A DNA stretch of 64,000 nt from contig JALMLS010000447.1 of NCBI GenBank assembly GCA_038496445.1, positions 204,358-268,357 of the forward strand, in the 5' to 3' direction. Of this stretch, positions 63,287 through 64,000 are shown one piece after another. Position 1 is the first letter of the stretch; each line of letters opens with the position of its first letter. The position numbers were made by a program, and so were the translations under genes. Source of the stretch: Trichosphaerium sp. ATCC 40318 (taxonomy: Eukaryota > Protista > Tubulinea). The notes beneath the pieces were generated by a model. That model saw only the letters and a program-made list of their open reading frames with translations, was not told where the DNA came from and searched no databases.

Positions 63287-64000
63287 CTACAATGCCAAAA
63301 AGGCCATACATAGAATCAAGACACTTGCTATAGTGAGCGCTCGACTGCTACACTTTACAACAACAACATTGAGAGTAGTTGCTATCTTTGTAGAAGACCT
63401 TGTTTGTTCAATACATTGGCTTTCACCAAAGAGAACTTTTGGTGTGATCTCTTCGCATCCTTTGAGCTGTGATATCAATATTGAAGCTGTCTTGAATAGA
63501 AGTATGAATAAAGAAAACAGGTAAAAGAAATGAGAAGAAAGGGTTTTACCTGAACTGAATTTGCATCAATTGTAAATGGACCAACGATACAATCCTTTAC
63601 TTGTATTGTAGTATTCGGTTTTGATAGTTGAAGTATTGTATTGTTAAACCTTGCTTTACCTTGACAAACGTTAATATTTAGATACTGTTACAAGCAAATG
63701 GAATAAAGTTCTTATTCCACAGAAAGATAGATACCATCAATATAAAGATCCAAGTCAAGGATGACAACACTATCAGTAGGTATAAAGTCGCCTGGAGCAA
63801 TCATTAAATAGGAACCTATTTATAGTTATGCGAACCAGAAGGTAGTACAGTTATAGTTGAAGGAGTGTTGGGTTGACATTTTCTGTATGGATCTGAATCA
63901 TTGAATCTACAAATGTATTTTAGAGCACGTGATTATTGTGTTTACTCACGGGTCCACATCAGCATTAGAGTTATATGAGTTACCAATCCTAGAGCTAGTG
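63287..64000 (-). CDS. 3' part of chimeric surface protein K: gene-L-type head joined to the lectin-family C-terminal module
   Basis: 63848-63995 is the near-identical reverse complement of 58334-58480 (including the intron); it then splices to GDFIPTDSVVILD / KARFNNT / ...ILCMAFLAL*. Confidence 0.8.

Noticed and set aside
1-64000. CRISPR array, rRNA, or an endogenous giant-virus region
   Set aside because: No regularly spaced repeats, no rRNA motifs and no viral hallmark genes (capsid, PolB, packaging ATPase) were recognised. Most genes are intron-rich.

Overview
AT-rich eukaryotic (protist) nuclear DNA with many short (mostly ~45-130 nt) GT-AG introns. It is most likely amoebozoan-like, inferred from a frizzled/smoothened-like GPCR and DUSE-like ACCCACAA promoter boxes. 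The window is dominated by a dispersed array of a multi-exon surface-protein family: signal peptide, two C-type-lectin-like domains, variable Pro/Thr stalk, conserved C-terminal module and a GPI-like hydrophobic tail. There are 8 apparently intact copies, 3 truncated or pseudogenised copies, and one chimera carrying a different head. Interspersed are F-box-like adaptor genes (LRR, MORN-type, NHL, SNF2 fusions; several pseudogenes), a Mutator-like transposon with TSD, a MITE, an AlkB-like dioxygenase, a GT31 glycosyltransferase, a methyltransferase-like gene, a repeat protein with a PD-(D/E)xK-like tail, and an atypical tRNA gene. The least explained signal is a set of GC-rich, hairpin-rich ~140-175 nt intergenic islands. 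Three sit ~60 nt downstream of a shared (A)CCCACAATTTTTT(T)CT box. Two of these are paralogues with compensatory base changes and a conserved CTAAACCCT (telomere-template-like) loop, so they are candidate undescribed snRNA-type ncRNA genes. Exon boundaries were read by eye and are approximate.
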